64,000 bases of DNA, from NCBI GenBank assembly GCA_013239625.1, contig MU053933.1:1242001-1306000 (forward strand), read 5' to 3'. Source of the DNA: Lama guanicoe (Eukaryota). This document shows, in pieces, positions 9,491-22,225 of this stretch; the stretch's first letter is position 1; each line of letters starts with the position of its first letter. The notes below the pieces were generated by a model. The model was not told where the DNA came from. It was given only the letters and a program-made list of their open reading frames with translations, and did no database searches. The position numbers and the translations under genes are program-made.

Positions 9491-10477
9491 GAGGCCTCAC
9501 TTTGGCCGCCAAGACCTTGCCGGAAGGAGGAGCCGAGCCTGCCTCCAAGGTCACCTTCACGGGTCCAGACCGCGGGAACAGCCCAACACACATCCGCAGA
9601 GGGCCTCGCTCGAGTGGGCCCGCCCGGCCATGCAGAGCCCTGGGAGACCCCGTCCTGACCGGGGGCGCCGACATCCAGCAGAGGACACTGAAGCAGACAT
9701 AAAATCCCCCACGGGGAGCCAGTGGTATTTCTTTATAATAAGCAGTTTTTGTTTCATTTGCTTGTTTGTAAAAGCATTTGAAAAAGAGGAAACCACTGCC
9801 TGGCAGGCCAGCCCTGTGCTGGGGGTCCCCGTGGCTCTGGCGGAATTTCCTCCCGCGTAGAATGACGTGGTGTGTCGGCCCTCCCCCGCCGCTGGCCTCC
9901 CTGCTCCCGTGGCCTCTGCTGGGAAGGCTCCCAGGGCAGCCTCCGGCCCCGCCATGTCCCAGGAGGGGCCGGCCCTGGCAGCTGCCCCAGAGCCTGACAC
10001 AGGTGGCCAGGTCAGGGGTCAGAGGTCCCACCAGCCAGATGCTGGGCTAGCTGCCCGCCAGCAGGCTGAGACCCAGAGGCTTAGGCACACGTGTCAGACC
10101 GCACTTTGGAAGGGGGCGGCAGGCAGCAACAGGGCCTGGGAGCTGCCGGTCTAGGCCCCACCTCCTCCCTGGGGCCGGCAGCCTTCTCTCTGCAGGGCGG
10201 GCACCTGCCGCCCAACACCCCGCTGCGGCCAGCAGGACGGGAGTGGGGGTGCAGAAGGGGGATTCCCGCTCAGGCTGGGGCCAAGCGAGGGGTGGCCTGG
10301 GGAAGGCGGCAGCCCCCCCGTGGCCCCCATCAGGGCCAGCTCCTTGGCGGCTGGTGTGGCCGGGCTGGGGGCTCTGCTGGTGCGTGGTTTCCTTCAAGAT
10401 TCTGGGCCTAGGATTGAGTTTGCAGGGGCAGGGGAGGCTGGCTGCTGTCACGAAAACAGAACCAATTAGAAGATATG

Positions 10478-10590
10478 CATGTACGTGCGCACACATGCCT
10501 GCACACACACGCCTGCGACACACATGCCTGCACACACACGCCAGCACACACGTGCCCGTACACACACGCCTGCACACACACGCCTGTGAC
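10478..10590. repeat. Imperfect CA-rich tandem repeat (CCTGCACACACACG-like units)
   Basis: Recurring GCCTGCACACACAC units. Confidence 0.85.
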
Positions 10591-11561
10591 AGCCCCAAGC
10601 AGGCTCCAGACTCTGCTTCCTGCTTCCCGTTGGCTTCCCTCTGTGTCGGATTTGTACTTGAACTTAAAGGTACACTCATACAAAAACATTTCTTGCCTGC
10701 TTCTCCACCTTGAGGGAAACCTCCCCACGTGACCAGCAGACACTCTCACATCAAGGTGTTTCAGGGAGACCTGACATTCTGTGTGTTGCTGAAGCACCTG
10801 GTTACCTTCTGCTGCTGGACACTGGGAGGGTGGGGCCCCTGCTCAAGGGCATCTCAAGGGCATCTCAAGGTCACAGGGATGGAGTGTGAGGAGCAGGCCA
10901 GGCGGTGCCTCCTTCCCGGGAGCTGTCAGCCTCCTGACTCCCGCAAGCACTTTCCTTCACCCCCCGCCCCAATCCTTGCCTCCCCTGGAGCCAGAAATCA
11001 ATTGGAAAAAAAAGGCCTGACTCAAAAATGCAGCTTCCAAAGCCTCTTCAGACGGAGCCTCACTGCATTTAAGGGAAGGTCTGCAGACTGCTAAGCATGG
11101 GGGTGCACGGGGCCCCGTCAAAGGAGACCATTCAGACCTGGGGGACCGAGGTGGGCGGTGGGATGCCCACATTCCATCCACGTGTCCGCGGGAACCTGGA
11201 AGCCCCACGCTGGCCCCAGCAGCTGTCAGAGGTGAGGCAGGGGGAGGTTCCTGGAGGGGCTGGGGCCAGTTTCCTCCCAACGGCGGGTAACAGAGATGTT
11301 TGGGGTTTCGTGTGCAGGTCTCTGCTGGGGCCTCCCCCAGGCTCACTCGGGGCACCTACCAAGGCGCTGCTGACGCTTCTGCTTGTTTGCTGGAAAAGCC
11401 AAGTTAAATAATTGCTCTGAGGATCCGGGGCCTCCGAGGGGGTTCTGGGGTGTGAACCCCAGCCGTCCCCTCCTGAGCCCACCCTCCCTTTCCTCGCTGC
11501 CCGTTCCTGCAGCCGCTGTAAAGCCCGTTTCCTCTGATGGGCAGCCCAGGTCCTGCAGGGC

Positions 11562-11984
11562 TGTGCTGGTTTCCTGGGGCCGCAGACGGCCACAAACTGG
11601 GCAGCTTCGATCAACGGAAATGTATATGGAGACCAGAAGTGTGAAATCAAGGTGTGGGCAGGCTGTCGCCCCCTCTGGGGCTGGAGGGGAGGGCCCTTCC
11701 TGCCTCTTTCAGCTTCTGGTGCCGCCAGCATCCCTGGCTTGTGGCCCCCTCCCTTCCATCTCTGCTGCCTGGCCCCATGGCCTCCTCCCTGGGCCTGTGT
11801 CTCTGCTTTTCTTGGAAGGACACCAGCCCCTGCGTTTAAGTTCTACCCGGGGATCCAGAATGATCTCATCTTGATCCTGACCTTTACTAGATCTGCAAAG
11901 ACCCTTTCCCGAATAAGGTCAGGCCTGCATGCTGTGGGCTTAGCATTGAGACGTCTTTTCGGAGGCCACGATTCCACCACGACA
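11562..11984 (-). mobile_element. MaLR solo LTR, MLT1C-like
   Basis: TGTGCTGGTTTCCT start, CCAGAAGTGTGAAATCAAGGTGTGGGCAGG, TCTGCAAAGACCCTTTCCCGAATAAGGTCA, ending CCACGACA. Confidence 0.85.
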
Positions 11985-12383
11985 AGCACCACGCCGCTGA
12001 CTGCCACAGCCCCTGCCTGCGGGGACGGCCCACGTGCAGCCCTGCACCTGTTCCTGGAAGGGAGCCTCTGAGGGCAGCAGGACGGACACCAGCCCATTTT
12101 AAAGAAGAGGAGACTGAGGGTTGGAAACGTAGAGCCAGGGGCAGGGGACCTGCGGTGGGAGCCCCGGCTTGGCCATTGGCCGGGTAACCAGAGCTGAAGT
12201 GCTGCCCATGAGGTGACGGGCAGCTTCCTGAGGTCCCTTTATGAGAAGGTTCTGTGATGCCTGGATCTCCTGATCCGTGAAAGCGAGTGTCTGTGACGCG
12301 CGCGATGACACCCGCACCAGGCCAGGCCGCTCCCGCGGCCGCCCTGCAGGTGGGACGTTTCCGCATCAAGAGTTTGGTTTGGA

Positions 12384-12802
12384 GTCACGAAAACCAAAAA
12401 GAAACCAAGCGAACACAGAAGAGAATGACTAAACCAGTAAAATCCCACGTGGTGTCACTTATACGTGGAATCTTGGGAAAAAGACAGACGGGCTTATTTA
12501 CAAAGCAGAAACAGACTCCCAGACAGAAAACAAACTTACGGTGACCCGAGTGGGGACGGGGGTGGGGAGGGATAAACGGGAGTCTGAGATTTGCAGAAAC
12601 TGACTGATACATATGAGACAGATAAACAGCAAGTCCGTCCTGTGCGGCCCAGGGAACCAGATTCAATACCTTGTGGCGACCTGTGGTGAAAGAGAACACG
12701 AAAGCAAGTCTGATAGGTTCATGCATGACTGAAGCACCGTGCTGTGCACCAGAAACTGGTGCAACAGTGCAACCTGCCTGGACGTCAGTAAAAATGAAAA
12801 AA
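12384..12802 (+). mobile_element. 5'-truncated L1 3' end with perfect 16-bp TSD
   Basis: L1 3'UTR motifs (CAGAAACAGACTCCCAGACAGAAAACAAACTTACGG, GCTGTGCACCAGAAACT) and an A tail. TSD AAGAGTTTGGTTTGGA at 12368-12383 and 12803-12818. Confidence 0.9.
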
Positions 12803-15800
12803 AAGAGTTTGGTTTGGATGCGTCCACGTGAGGTGGCCCCAAGAAGGCTGGTGCCCGCCCCCGCCCGGCTACCCCAGAGCCCAGCCCGCCTTCTAACCCT
12901 CGGAGGCCTGCGCTTCTGGTTCAGGCGTTGCCATGGCAACCCTGGGACTCCGTCTACGGATGACCCGAGGTCCAGCGTCCAGCAATGATTGACCTATTAA
13001 CAGACTTGTGGGGTTGTGGGGCAGCCGCTGACCCGGGCCGGGGCACTGCCACCCACGGGGCCCCAAACATTCCTGCTGGGAACCAGGAGACGCTGCAGGC
13101 GCCACTCAGGGTTCACAGGTTCAAGTCCCCACCCTGCCAGCAAGGTGGTCCTGGACCTGAGTCCTTGCTCAGGGATGCGGCCCCCAAGGCCATGTGCAAA
13201 GGAGGACTTGACAGGCCCTGGTCACCTCGTGGTGGGGTGAGGGAAGCTGGGGCCTGGAGGGGGCTCTGGGTCCCCACGAACCCGGGGGCAGGGCACACCT
13301 GGACAGCTGCATGACATGCCTCCACCTTCAGCTTATTGGTCCAGAGAGGAGAGCCAGGCCGTGGGCGACGGGGGCTCGCCCCCCGCCCCCCATTTCTGGT
13401 GAGAATCGAGGAGGGCAGTGATGTGTGGTTTCTCTGTGTCCGTGTGCGCACATGGGGCCTGGCGTTAAGGGGAGATGGGGAAGGGTCTACATAAGAAACT
13501 CGGTGCCCTCTGACACCACTTCCTGTGTCCTGAGGACTTGGGTGTTTTAGGACAGGGTGTGTTTCTGGGGTGAATCTGCCAGGCGGTGAGTGTGCATCTC
13601 AGGAAACAGGCCGAGGCCTGCCGTGGGAGGCGGGGAACGTTCCCTCTGGTCCACGGTGCACTCGTGGATCACGGGGAAGGGCCGTGCTCTCCTTCGGCAC
13701 GGGCATCACCAGCCGGCCCAGGAGCCCGCACCCTGGACGGTGGCCACCGTGGGTGTGCTGGCTGGGAGGTTAGGGAGGCCCCAGAGGGCAGCAGCGATGG
13801 CTCTGACAGCTGAGGTGAACAGGATGGGAAGTGGGGTGCCCACAGACCCCCTTTGGCAAGGGCTGGGGGCTCTTCCCATTGTTCCCCGGCCCTACCACAG
13901 CTCTCCCTCTGCTCCTGGGCCCCTGGGCTCACCTCCTTGGCATGTCCTTCCCCTGCTGCACCTGGGCCCCGCCCCTGAGCCTGGGGTTTGATGGGTGGGG
14001 AGTCAGGGTGGGGTGGGTGGGAGCCGTGAGTCCACGTGTGGCTGGGTGACTTCCCTCCTGCACGCTGAATGGGGGTGGGGCTGGGGACACTGGGCCACAG
14101 CCCCCTCCCTGACTTCCTTGTAAGTGCCCCCACTGGGCACTGAGGGTCCTTTCCTCAGGTCACTGGGGCCCTCACCTGACTCCCTGAGCTCCAGGCCCGG
14201 CCCCTCCCTCTGCCCACATCCGGCAGCCTCCACACCTCTCTCTCCTCTGGCTCATTAATGGGATTTAGGGCAAACTGATAGACTCGGGCCCCTGAAGGTG
14301 TTAAGTCCCCGAGTGGAAGGATTTCCGTTTTGGAAAACCAGGAGATGCAGTCCTCACCCAGAGCCACGCCCTCCACCCCCCGGGGATCCTGTGGGGAGCC
14401 CGTGGGAAGAGCTGGGTGCCGAGGCGGGTGAGAGGGAAGCCCGGGCCCAGGTGCCTCTGGGAGCTGCTCACCTGTCCTGGGCTGCACCCTCCACCTGCAG
14501 GGCGGGAGTGACCTGTGGGGACTGAGCCGTGGGTGTGAATGGACCCAGGCTGCCACGGAGCCAGCCATGTCCACACGGCCCCCCCGCTGCTTCCTTTGTC
14601 CTATCTTGTGTCACACCGTTTGGGCCTGACTCAGGCCAGAGGCCAACCCGGGGTGGGGGGTCTGCCTTCCGAGAGGCTCACAGGAGCAGTGAGGCTGGGG
14701 GTGGGCCTCACGGGCAAGCCTTGATGGGCGGGGGTGGGGTGGGTTCTGCCCCCTCCCCGTCCGGGGGCCGCCCCCGCGGAAGCCGCGCAGAGCCTGCTCC
14801 GGGGGGTGCGCTGCGTCCGCTGGCCCGGCTCCTTCCTTGCTCTCGCTGCCCTGGGCTCACACTCCTGAGTGTGGGCTGCTTGTCCTCTATCCAGGCTCTG
14901 CTTCCTGGAGCAGCCCTTCCCCACTGCACCCGGGCACCTTCCAGGAATGAGGTTCCCACCCAGCAGGTGGGAGATGCCAGCCGCCTTTGTGCCCGGCTCC
15001 CGGACATGCGGCAGTGGAGTCGCCGATTAGGCCTGCGATGTTAGGGCTGCAGGCGGCCCCCTCCTCGTCCCCAGCCCCCAGCCGCCCGGTGCCTGTTTTC
15101 TCAGACACACAGTGGGGAAGAGGATGAGGGGCGTCTATGGGGACAGCCTGGGATGGGGCTCACGTGCACCCTGATGTGAGGCCCGGAATGGCTCCCCTCC
15201 GCGCCCATCGGTGACCCTCCCGTGGGAGGTGGGGGTGGGGCAGGGCCGGGAGGATTCTGGGGACACGGGAGTTCCAGGCTGACCGTGCTCCTGGCGCCAC
15301 CCCAGCAAGGCCAGCTCTTCAAACGCCCCCACCCCCACCCCGTCCTCCAGGTCCCAGCCGGGGTGGGGGGGGCAGGTCCTCCTGCCAGCCCCACTTTAGG
15401 CACCAGTTGAGGTTTGGAGAGGACAAGGAACTTTCTAGGTCACGTCTGGCTGCTGAGAAGCAAGGGGGATTTTGAGCCCAGGTCTGGGCCCCCAGGGGGC
15501 TCTTGGCCACCCCTCCCCTCCTGGTTCCTGGGGGTCTTCAGGGCCCTTGCTGCCCCCTGGGGCCTCACTCCTTCTGAGGCCCGGCCTTTTCTCCTCTGAG
15601 CAGCTGGGCGACCGCAGCCTCAGGCGGGGAGAGGAATCCCCAGGGGCCCTCCCAGTGGCGGCGGCCGGTGGGGGCCTGGCTTCGGAGAGGGAATTGGCCC
15701 AGGCCCCCCAAAACTGCCAGCTGGGAAATCCTTGACTAAGAAAGGGCTGGGGGCTTCACCCAGAAACTCCTCTGCCTGCTCCCCCATCCCTGAGGGAATC

Positions 15801-16639
15801 CCCAGAGGGGAGCCGCCAGAAAGAGTGGTTCCTTGTGGCCCTCCTGACCTGGGAGGACAGTGGCCACAGCACAGCACCCACATTTCCTGCCTGGACGCCC
15901 ACTCACTGCGACATCCTCTTCCCCCCTCAGCCCCTCCTGCAAGGGGCACCACGGCTGAGCTCCGTGCCCGGTGGGTGGGGATGCTGGTGAGGGGACGCAG
16001 GGCCCCTTGACCAGCAGCCGACACGGGGCCCCTCGCCTGGGGCCTCTGGGGACTGTGGGTGGCTAGACGCTGGGTCAGTCTGAGCCACGGGCCCTCGTGC
16101 GGGGCGAGGTGGGGCCGGGTCTCCCGCAGTGAGGATGTGGGGGCGGGGCTGGGTGCCTGCCTCTGGGGCCAGCAGGTCTGGGTGGAGTCACAAGCTGGGG
16201 TTTTGGGCTTCTTGCCTCAGTTTCTGAATCTGTCAAGTGGACGCTGACACTGACCTCATGGGGCCTCTGTCGCCCTGGCCCTCCCAGTGCCCAGTTTCCA
16301 CCCAGTGGCCGGAGCGACCCCTGCCAGACAAGAAGTGTCCCCAGCCCGCTGGAAATGCTCTGAGGAACCATGGGCACCCCTGTGGCGCCAGGAAGTGACA
16401 CTTGCTCTCCAGATGGGCCGGCATCCCCTCACTGTCAAAACTCACATCCACGCAGGCGCTGATGTCCCAGGACAGGGCCGAGTCCTGGAAGAGTCCCTGG
16501 ACAGAGGCAAACCCCGGGAGAGTGTTGTTTAAGGAGCCGTCCAGTCCTGCTGGACGTGAGTGGGCCCAGCGCCCTCTGAGGAGGAAGAAAGTCTGCTCTA
16601 GGGCCTACGAGGTCTTACTTCCTTCCCGACCAGTCGCAC

Positions 16640-16997
16640 TCTGCCCCAGGCACCCTGCCTCTTGCAGGCTTCTGCCCCAGGACCTTTGCACGCTCAGTCC
16701 CTCTGGCTGGAGGGCCCTTGTGAACGGCTCCCTCCACTTGGGCCCCGTGCTCTCTTGCTGGAGGGCCTTCCCTGAGCGTCCAGCTAGGCAGCACCCTCCC
16801 AGCGGCCTTGACCACACCTGGCGCTCTGACAGCTCAGCCCCTCAACCTGACCAGAAGTGAGCCCCATGGGCACAGTGGTGGGGTCTGTCCCATTTACTGC
16901 TGCTCCTCCGGGGCCTTGGGCAGAGCCTGGCTCCACACAGGTGCTCCGTAAATTCTGTGGAAGGAATGAATGAGCAAACGAATGAATGAATGAATGT
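16640..16997 (+). mobile_element. L2 3' end fragment
   Basis: CAGAGCCTGGCTCCACACAGGTGCTCCGTAAAT...GAATGAATGAATG tail. Confidence 0.7.
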
Positions 16998-17118
16998 GGT
17001 GATGATCAGAGGTGCTGTGATGACAGAGCTCAAAGCTGAGAAAGTCCTGGAAATTACCGCGAGAAGAGACGCTCCACAAGCTCCCCTCACCATCGCGGCA
17101 TAAACCCCTCCGCTAACT

Positions 17119-17285
17119 TAGCGGTTCTCAGCCTGGCTCGTCCTCAGTTCCTGCGGAGGTTTTAAAACGACTGATCCAGGGCCACCCCCCACCTCCCCGT
17201 TTGGACACAGTCTGGGTGGGCCTCTACAGGTGTGTTGTAAAAACCTCCAGGTGATTCCACATGCAGGTGGGGCCCAGGACTCGGC
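17119..17285. mobile_element. MER5-like hAT DNA transposon fossil
   Basis: GCGGTTCTCA...GGCCACCCCCC...AAAACCTCCAGGTGATTCCACATGCAG. A related fragment lies at ~17855-17975 (TGTGGTTCTCAAAG...TAACAAGCCCTCCAGGTG). Confidence 0.6.
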
Positions 17286-20163
17286 TTTGGCTTTATTTCA
17301 ATGCTCTACCAGTTAGAGGGGCGTTGTGGCTAATGAGCGGGTCTGGCAGGTCCCATCAGCCATTCACTCCTGAGTATGAATTAGCGGAGGAGCCTGTTGA
17401 TTTTCTGTCGCTGTGCTGGGTTAGGCAGGTCTGAGGAAGTGGAACGTTTTCTGGCTGGGAGAGAGAAAAGAGGAAGCGGCGTCAGGATGAAGCCCCCGGG
17501 AGCACGTTCGGATCAGGGAGGGGCGACTTGAGGACTTGGAGGCAGGAAGGAAAGGAGGCAGCGTCCAGGACCTGGAAGGGAGGCTGGTCCTGCTTTCCAG
17601 GTGTTTCTCAGGACCAGACTTAGGAAGGTGACCCCCACCCCCACCCCAAGGGCAGAGAGAGGAAACTGGGGTGCTCCTGGCCAGGGCTGATGACTTCGTG
17701 GTGACAGTCAGCTGATGGCCGGGCCTTGCAGACTTCTCGTGATTGTCCCTGCCCTCTCTCTCTGACCCCCCGCACCCACGTGGATGTGCCCTGGCAGCTC
17801 TCGGTCTACAACGCCCTCCCCACTGGTGGTTTGACCATGACAACGACCTGCAGCTGTGGTTCTCAAAGCGGATCCCTGCACCAGCAGCGGTTTCTGAACC
17901 TGGGCGGCCCTGAAGCTGCTGGGCGGGCTGGGATTCTAACAAGCCCTCCAGGTGGCCCTGTGCCCACTGGTCGCAGAGCTCTGCCTGAAAAATGGACGTG
18001 ACCCTGTCACGGAAGGAGGGGATGAGGGCTGAAAGAAGACTTGTCCCTGCAGCCTGGGGTCTCTGAGCGCACGAGGCGTCTCTCACACCCAGGGCCTCCT
18101 CGCGGCTCCGCGCCTGCCGTCCAGGTGAAGCCTCCTGCAGGCGGCCCCTGGGAGCGGGTGAACCACATCCCCTTCTCAGAGCCCGGGGGTCTGCGGGCCA
18201 CATCGCTGAGCAGCGGGTGACCTCGAGCAAGTCACGAGGTCACTGCCATCAGTCAGCCCAAGCCTGAGCAGGGGCCAACAGACCCTGTGCCTGCACCGTG
18301 AAAGGGGGAGGCTGACAACCTTAGACTGAGTCTGGAAGTAGCGAATCAAAAGCAGTAAGCTGAATGCATTTCACCATTTTAAAATTCAGTAAAACGTGCT
18401 TTAATTAGCACGTTCAGTCTTCATCTTAATGCCCTTGGCAGTCGGTGCACGGCTTCCTGTGTGCAGGGCTTTCTCTTGCACTGCTGGGGTGGGTCAGCCT
18501 GGGTGCAGGGGCTGGGTCCTGAGCCCTGCGCCCTGGGGAGAAAGCAGTGTGACTGGGGTTTGTGGGGGTGAGCACCTGGACTGGGTATCAGAAAGTCTGG
18601 CTGCCCAGCAGAGCCACTGAATGAATTCCAGGGTGGCGGGCGTGAGTATTCAGCTGTGGGCAGAGCGGGGGCCTGGCCCATTCCACACGCCCAATGTGGT
18701 GTCTGGCTTTGGGGCCAGAGGCCGGGGAGCTGGATCGCCGAGGTTCTGCAATTTCTTCCCGTGGCTGGTCTTGTAGGTTCCAGGGGGCCCTGGCCAGTGC
18801 GGAGGGAGGCAGGGCTGGGTTCTGCGAAGGGGCAGATTCTGGCAGGCAGGGTGTGCAGGTCTGAAAGCCCGGACATCAGGGCACCTGGATGCCTGGGCTG
18901 TGTGCCTTCATTAGTCGGTCCCGTCCAGGACAGGTGAGAGTTTAGGACGGGAGCAGGCCCTGAGCTCACAGCGGGGAACCAGGTGCTGGGGTCAGGACGC
19001 CTGGAGCTTTGATGCTAGAACTAAATGTTCCCAGCATCTCTGAGAAGCTAAACTGAACAGTCCATCTTACAGCCCAGGAGACCGAGGCTCCACGGCAGCC
19101 AGGCAGTGCTGGGTCCAGGGAAGGCCTGGAGGGGCAGAGACAGCTTCTCTGGGCTGCCCCAGAGTCGGGGTGTGGTTGTGGTTGGGGGTGGGGTGGGCAG
19201 TGCACATTCTTGGACAGGACATCAGCTGGTCTCGGGGGTGGGCACCAGGCTCCCGAGCCCCCACCCGGCAGTGAGGACAGGTGGCAGAGTGGGGGGTGGT
19301 CACCCGTTCAACCCCTTCCAGGTCCACTTGGGTCCCCCCTCCTGGGAGAGGTTGCAACCCTGCCTCGAGAAGGGGCCCTCCCCACTGCACCCACAGTCAC
19401 CCAGGCACAGGCCTTTGACTGTGGCTCTAAGAGGGACCTGATAACCCTGGTTCCAGGATGGTAACCCTGAAACCAGCCCAGCCTGGGCCACCCCGGCCCT
19501 GGCACATGGCCTCTCTGAACCTCAATCTCTTCTTCTGACCAGTGGGAATCTCAATACGGTCATGGAGTTTGGCGGCCAGACAGAACTCTGCAGGTCAGTG
19601 GTGATGAATTAGGATGGGCAGATCCCTAGGGCCAAGAAGGGAGGGGCACAGACACGTGGTAGGAAGTCCTGGGTACCAGGCGTGGTTCTTCTAGGCTTGC
19701 CTGTGCCCTCCCCTGCCACGGGGGCGGGGCCTCCATGGCCGTTTCTGTGCTTTCTCCCGTCCTTGGACACAACCTTCTGTCTTGGCAAGTGTAGTCACAT
19801 ATAACCCGCACCTGATGAGACAGTGCTGGGGGCTGACCCCATTCTTGCCTGTCCTGCAAACTCAGCCCCTATTCATGCCCAGCCCGGTGAGGTCTGTCGT
19901 CCTGTAGACACACACGCACATGGAAACCCAAGGGAGGCAAGCTCTCTGCAGAAAGGGTGAAGTCATCGGATGTGGCCACTTGAGCCCTGGGCTGCTGAGA
20001 TCCGTGCCGATTGTCACTCAGCCCAGTTGTCGCAGACCAGCCTTGGGTTTAACAATACAGGGTCTGAAAGAGACTCAGGCCGCCCACGCTGCAACATTAG
20101 TAGGAAGAGAAGGTACCACGGTTTCACATCCACTGAGGAACAGTCGTGGGGCCTGGGATCCTG

Positions 20164-20315
20164 AGTGTGTGTGCTACGTGTGCATGTGTGTGTCTGTGCC
20201 ATGTGCCCGCATGCTTTTGGATGGCACCTCCATGCACACGCACAAGCATGTTTATCTGCAGGTGTGTGTGTGCATGTGTGCATACCTACGAATGTGTAGA
20301 CATGTGTGTGTATAT
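20164..20315. repeat. TG-rich low-complexity repeat
   Basis: Degenerate (TG)n/(TGCA) tract. Confidence 0.8.
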
Positions 20316-21761
20316 CCCCTGGGTTGCAATGCTCTAGTTCCATGACAATGACCCCTGCTTCCTTCAGAACTCTGTGCTGAGAGTGGTTGCAGCCTGATTT
20401 TCACAGGGGGCCCCTGTCCAGGGGGCCCCCCCTTTGAAGCAAAGCCCGTGTTTCTGGGTGGGCTATGAGACTGTGTGCAGAAGGCCATGTGCGCTCAGCA
20501 CACACAGGGCTTGGTCAGCTGAGGGAATATGTGCACTTGTCACTTAACAGTGAATATTGTGTTCTGCCCAAGGCAGACTAGTGGGTTCATCCACTCATTG
20601 ACCCATTCATTGACTCACTAGTGACTTATTGGGCATTTACTGCATTCTGGGCTGGCCTGGTTTGGCGAGGCAGGTCCTTGTCCTTGGAAGATGCTCTACT
20701 GGAGAAGGAGGTAGGGGAGGAAGGAGGCAGACGGGGTATACATGGAAAGATGCAGCTATTGTGGAAACCGATACCTTAACCTGACCCAGGAGGAGGGAGA
20801 CAGGTGGCCTCCAGCATCTGTTCCTGCAGCAGTCAGGAGAGACTGCTTGTGCTGCATAACAAGCATGCCTGAATCTCAGTGGCCTAGCACAGCCTTGCCT
20901 CTGACACTGGGACCAAGGGCTTAGTTATGGTTGTTGCTGTATGACCTCACAGTGTGGCATTATATCCTCTCTTCATTTTCAGTGCCTCTTCCTGAGAAAG
21001 GGACTCTGCTCCCCAGTGTGAGATGGGCTGTGAGTGAAGAAGAGAAAAGTGGGGCTCGTGGTCTCCTGCCCCAGTCTGGTGCCATGTGGGGCACCCAGAT
21101 GTATCATCTCATTCATTCACTGTATCCCTAGGGCGTGGGGGTCACTGTGACAGTTTTGGGCAGGGGAGGGGAGGAGGAGGTAGAGGGACGTTCCTTGGGG
21201 AATTCTCTATGTGAAGAGCCACAGGACCCTTGTGACTTTTATTGAGGGAAACTGACCCAGCCTCAAGCATGGGCCAACCCCAGGGTTTCCCAGAGATGGC
21301 AGTGGGTGTGTAGCTGCCTCTAGACCCTTTCTCTGTCCTCAGGGAGCAAAAGAGGAGGTGTGCAGCCTGTGATGTTGCAGTAATTCAGGTGGGGTAGGGT
21401 GAGATGGTTCTGGAGTCCTGCAGAGTCCTTTTCATCAAGGAACAAAACCAGTGGTCCTGGTCCCTCTGGTAGCTATTCAATCCAGAATATTTATTGTAGT
21501 CTGAGCACATCATAAGGGTCCAGTATATAGCAGTTCTGATTGGTCCTAGGTTAGAGCCCAGGGCTTGAGAGCTGTCACTCTTTAAGGATGTGTGGCCACA
21601 CTCATCTCAAGTACACTCATAAATACCCCAGCCTTTCTGTTGGCAAGTGTGACTCCGAGGTCCACAGGGCAGTGCGGCATCTCTGGTGCTGACCATTTCC
21701 CTCTGCTGTCCTAGATCATTTTTGACTGACCCAGACAGTTTCCCAGGAAAGCCACTCGTAA

Positions 21762-22225
21762 CGGTTAGCTATTGCTTTGTAACAAATGAAACAAAGCCAA
21801 AGCAAAACCGGTTATTTAGCACGTGACTTGCAGGTCAGGAGTTTCTCCTGGACTCAGTTGGCGGCTCTGCTGGTCTTGGCTGGGCTCTCTCATGTGTCTG
21901 AGAAGGTCACTTCAGGTCAGCCAGCACCTGTGCTTCTAGACGCTGGCTGGCTGTCCAGGGGATGCTCATCTCTGCTCCTCTGGCAGCCAGCCAGGTCATG
22001 TTTTTATGATCCAGGTAAGGTCCAGGCGAGGACAAAGTCCTCAGGGTCTCTTGAGGTCCAGTCTTGGAGCTGGCTGCCATCACTCTGACTGCCTTCTACT
22101 GGCCAAAGCAAGTTGCAAGCCCCACCCCAGATTCAAGGGGAAGGGAGCTAGCTTGCACCTTCTGCCATCACACTGCAGAGAGTCACACTCCAGGGAGGCC
22201 TGGGATGCCAGGGCCACAGTCAACC
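21762..22225 (-). mobile_element. Old MaLR LTR (MLT1G/H-like)
   Basis: GTTAGCTATTGCTTTGTAACAAA start, TGGTCTTGGCTGGGCTC, TGGCCAAAGCAAGTTGCAAG...CCAGATTCAAGGGG. Confidence 0.7.

Noticed and set aside
13990..14090. G-quadruplex-capable G-run clusters (also ~23980-24035 and 34563-34585)
   Set aside because: Such clusters are abundant throughout this GC-rich window and nothing singles these out functionally.
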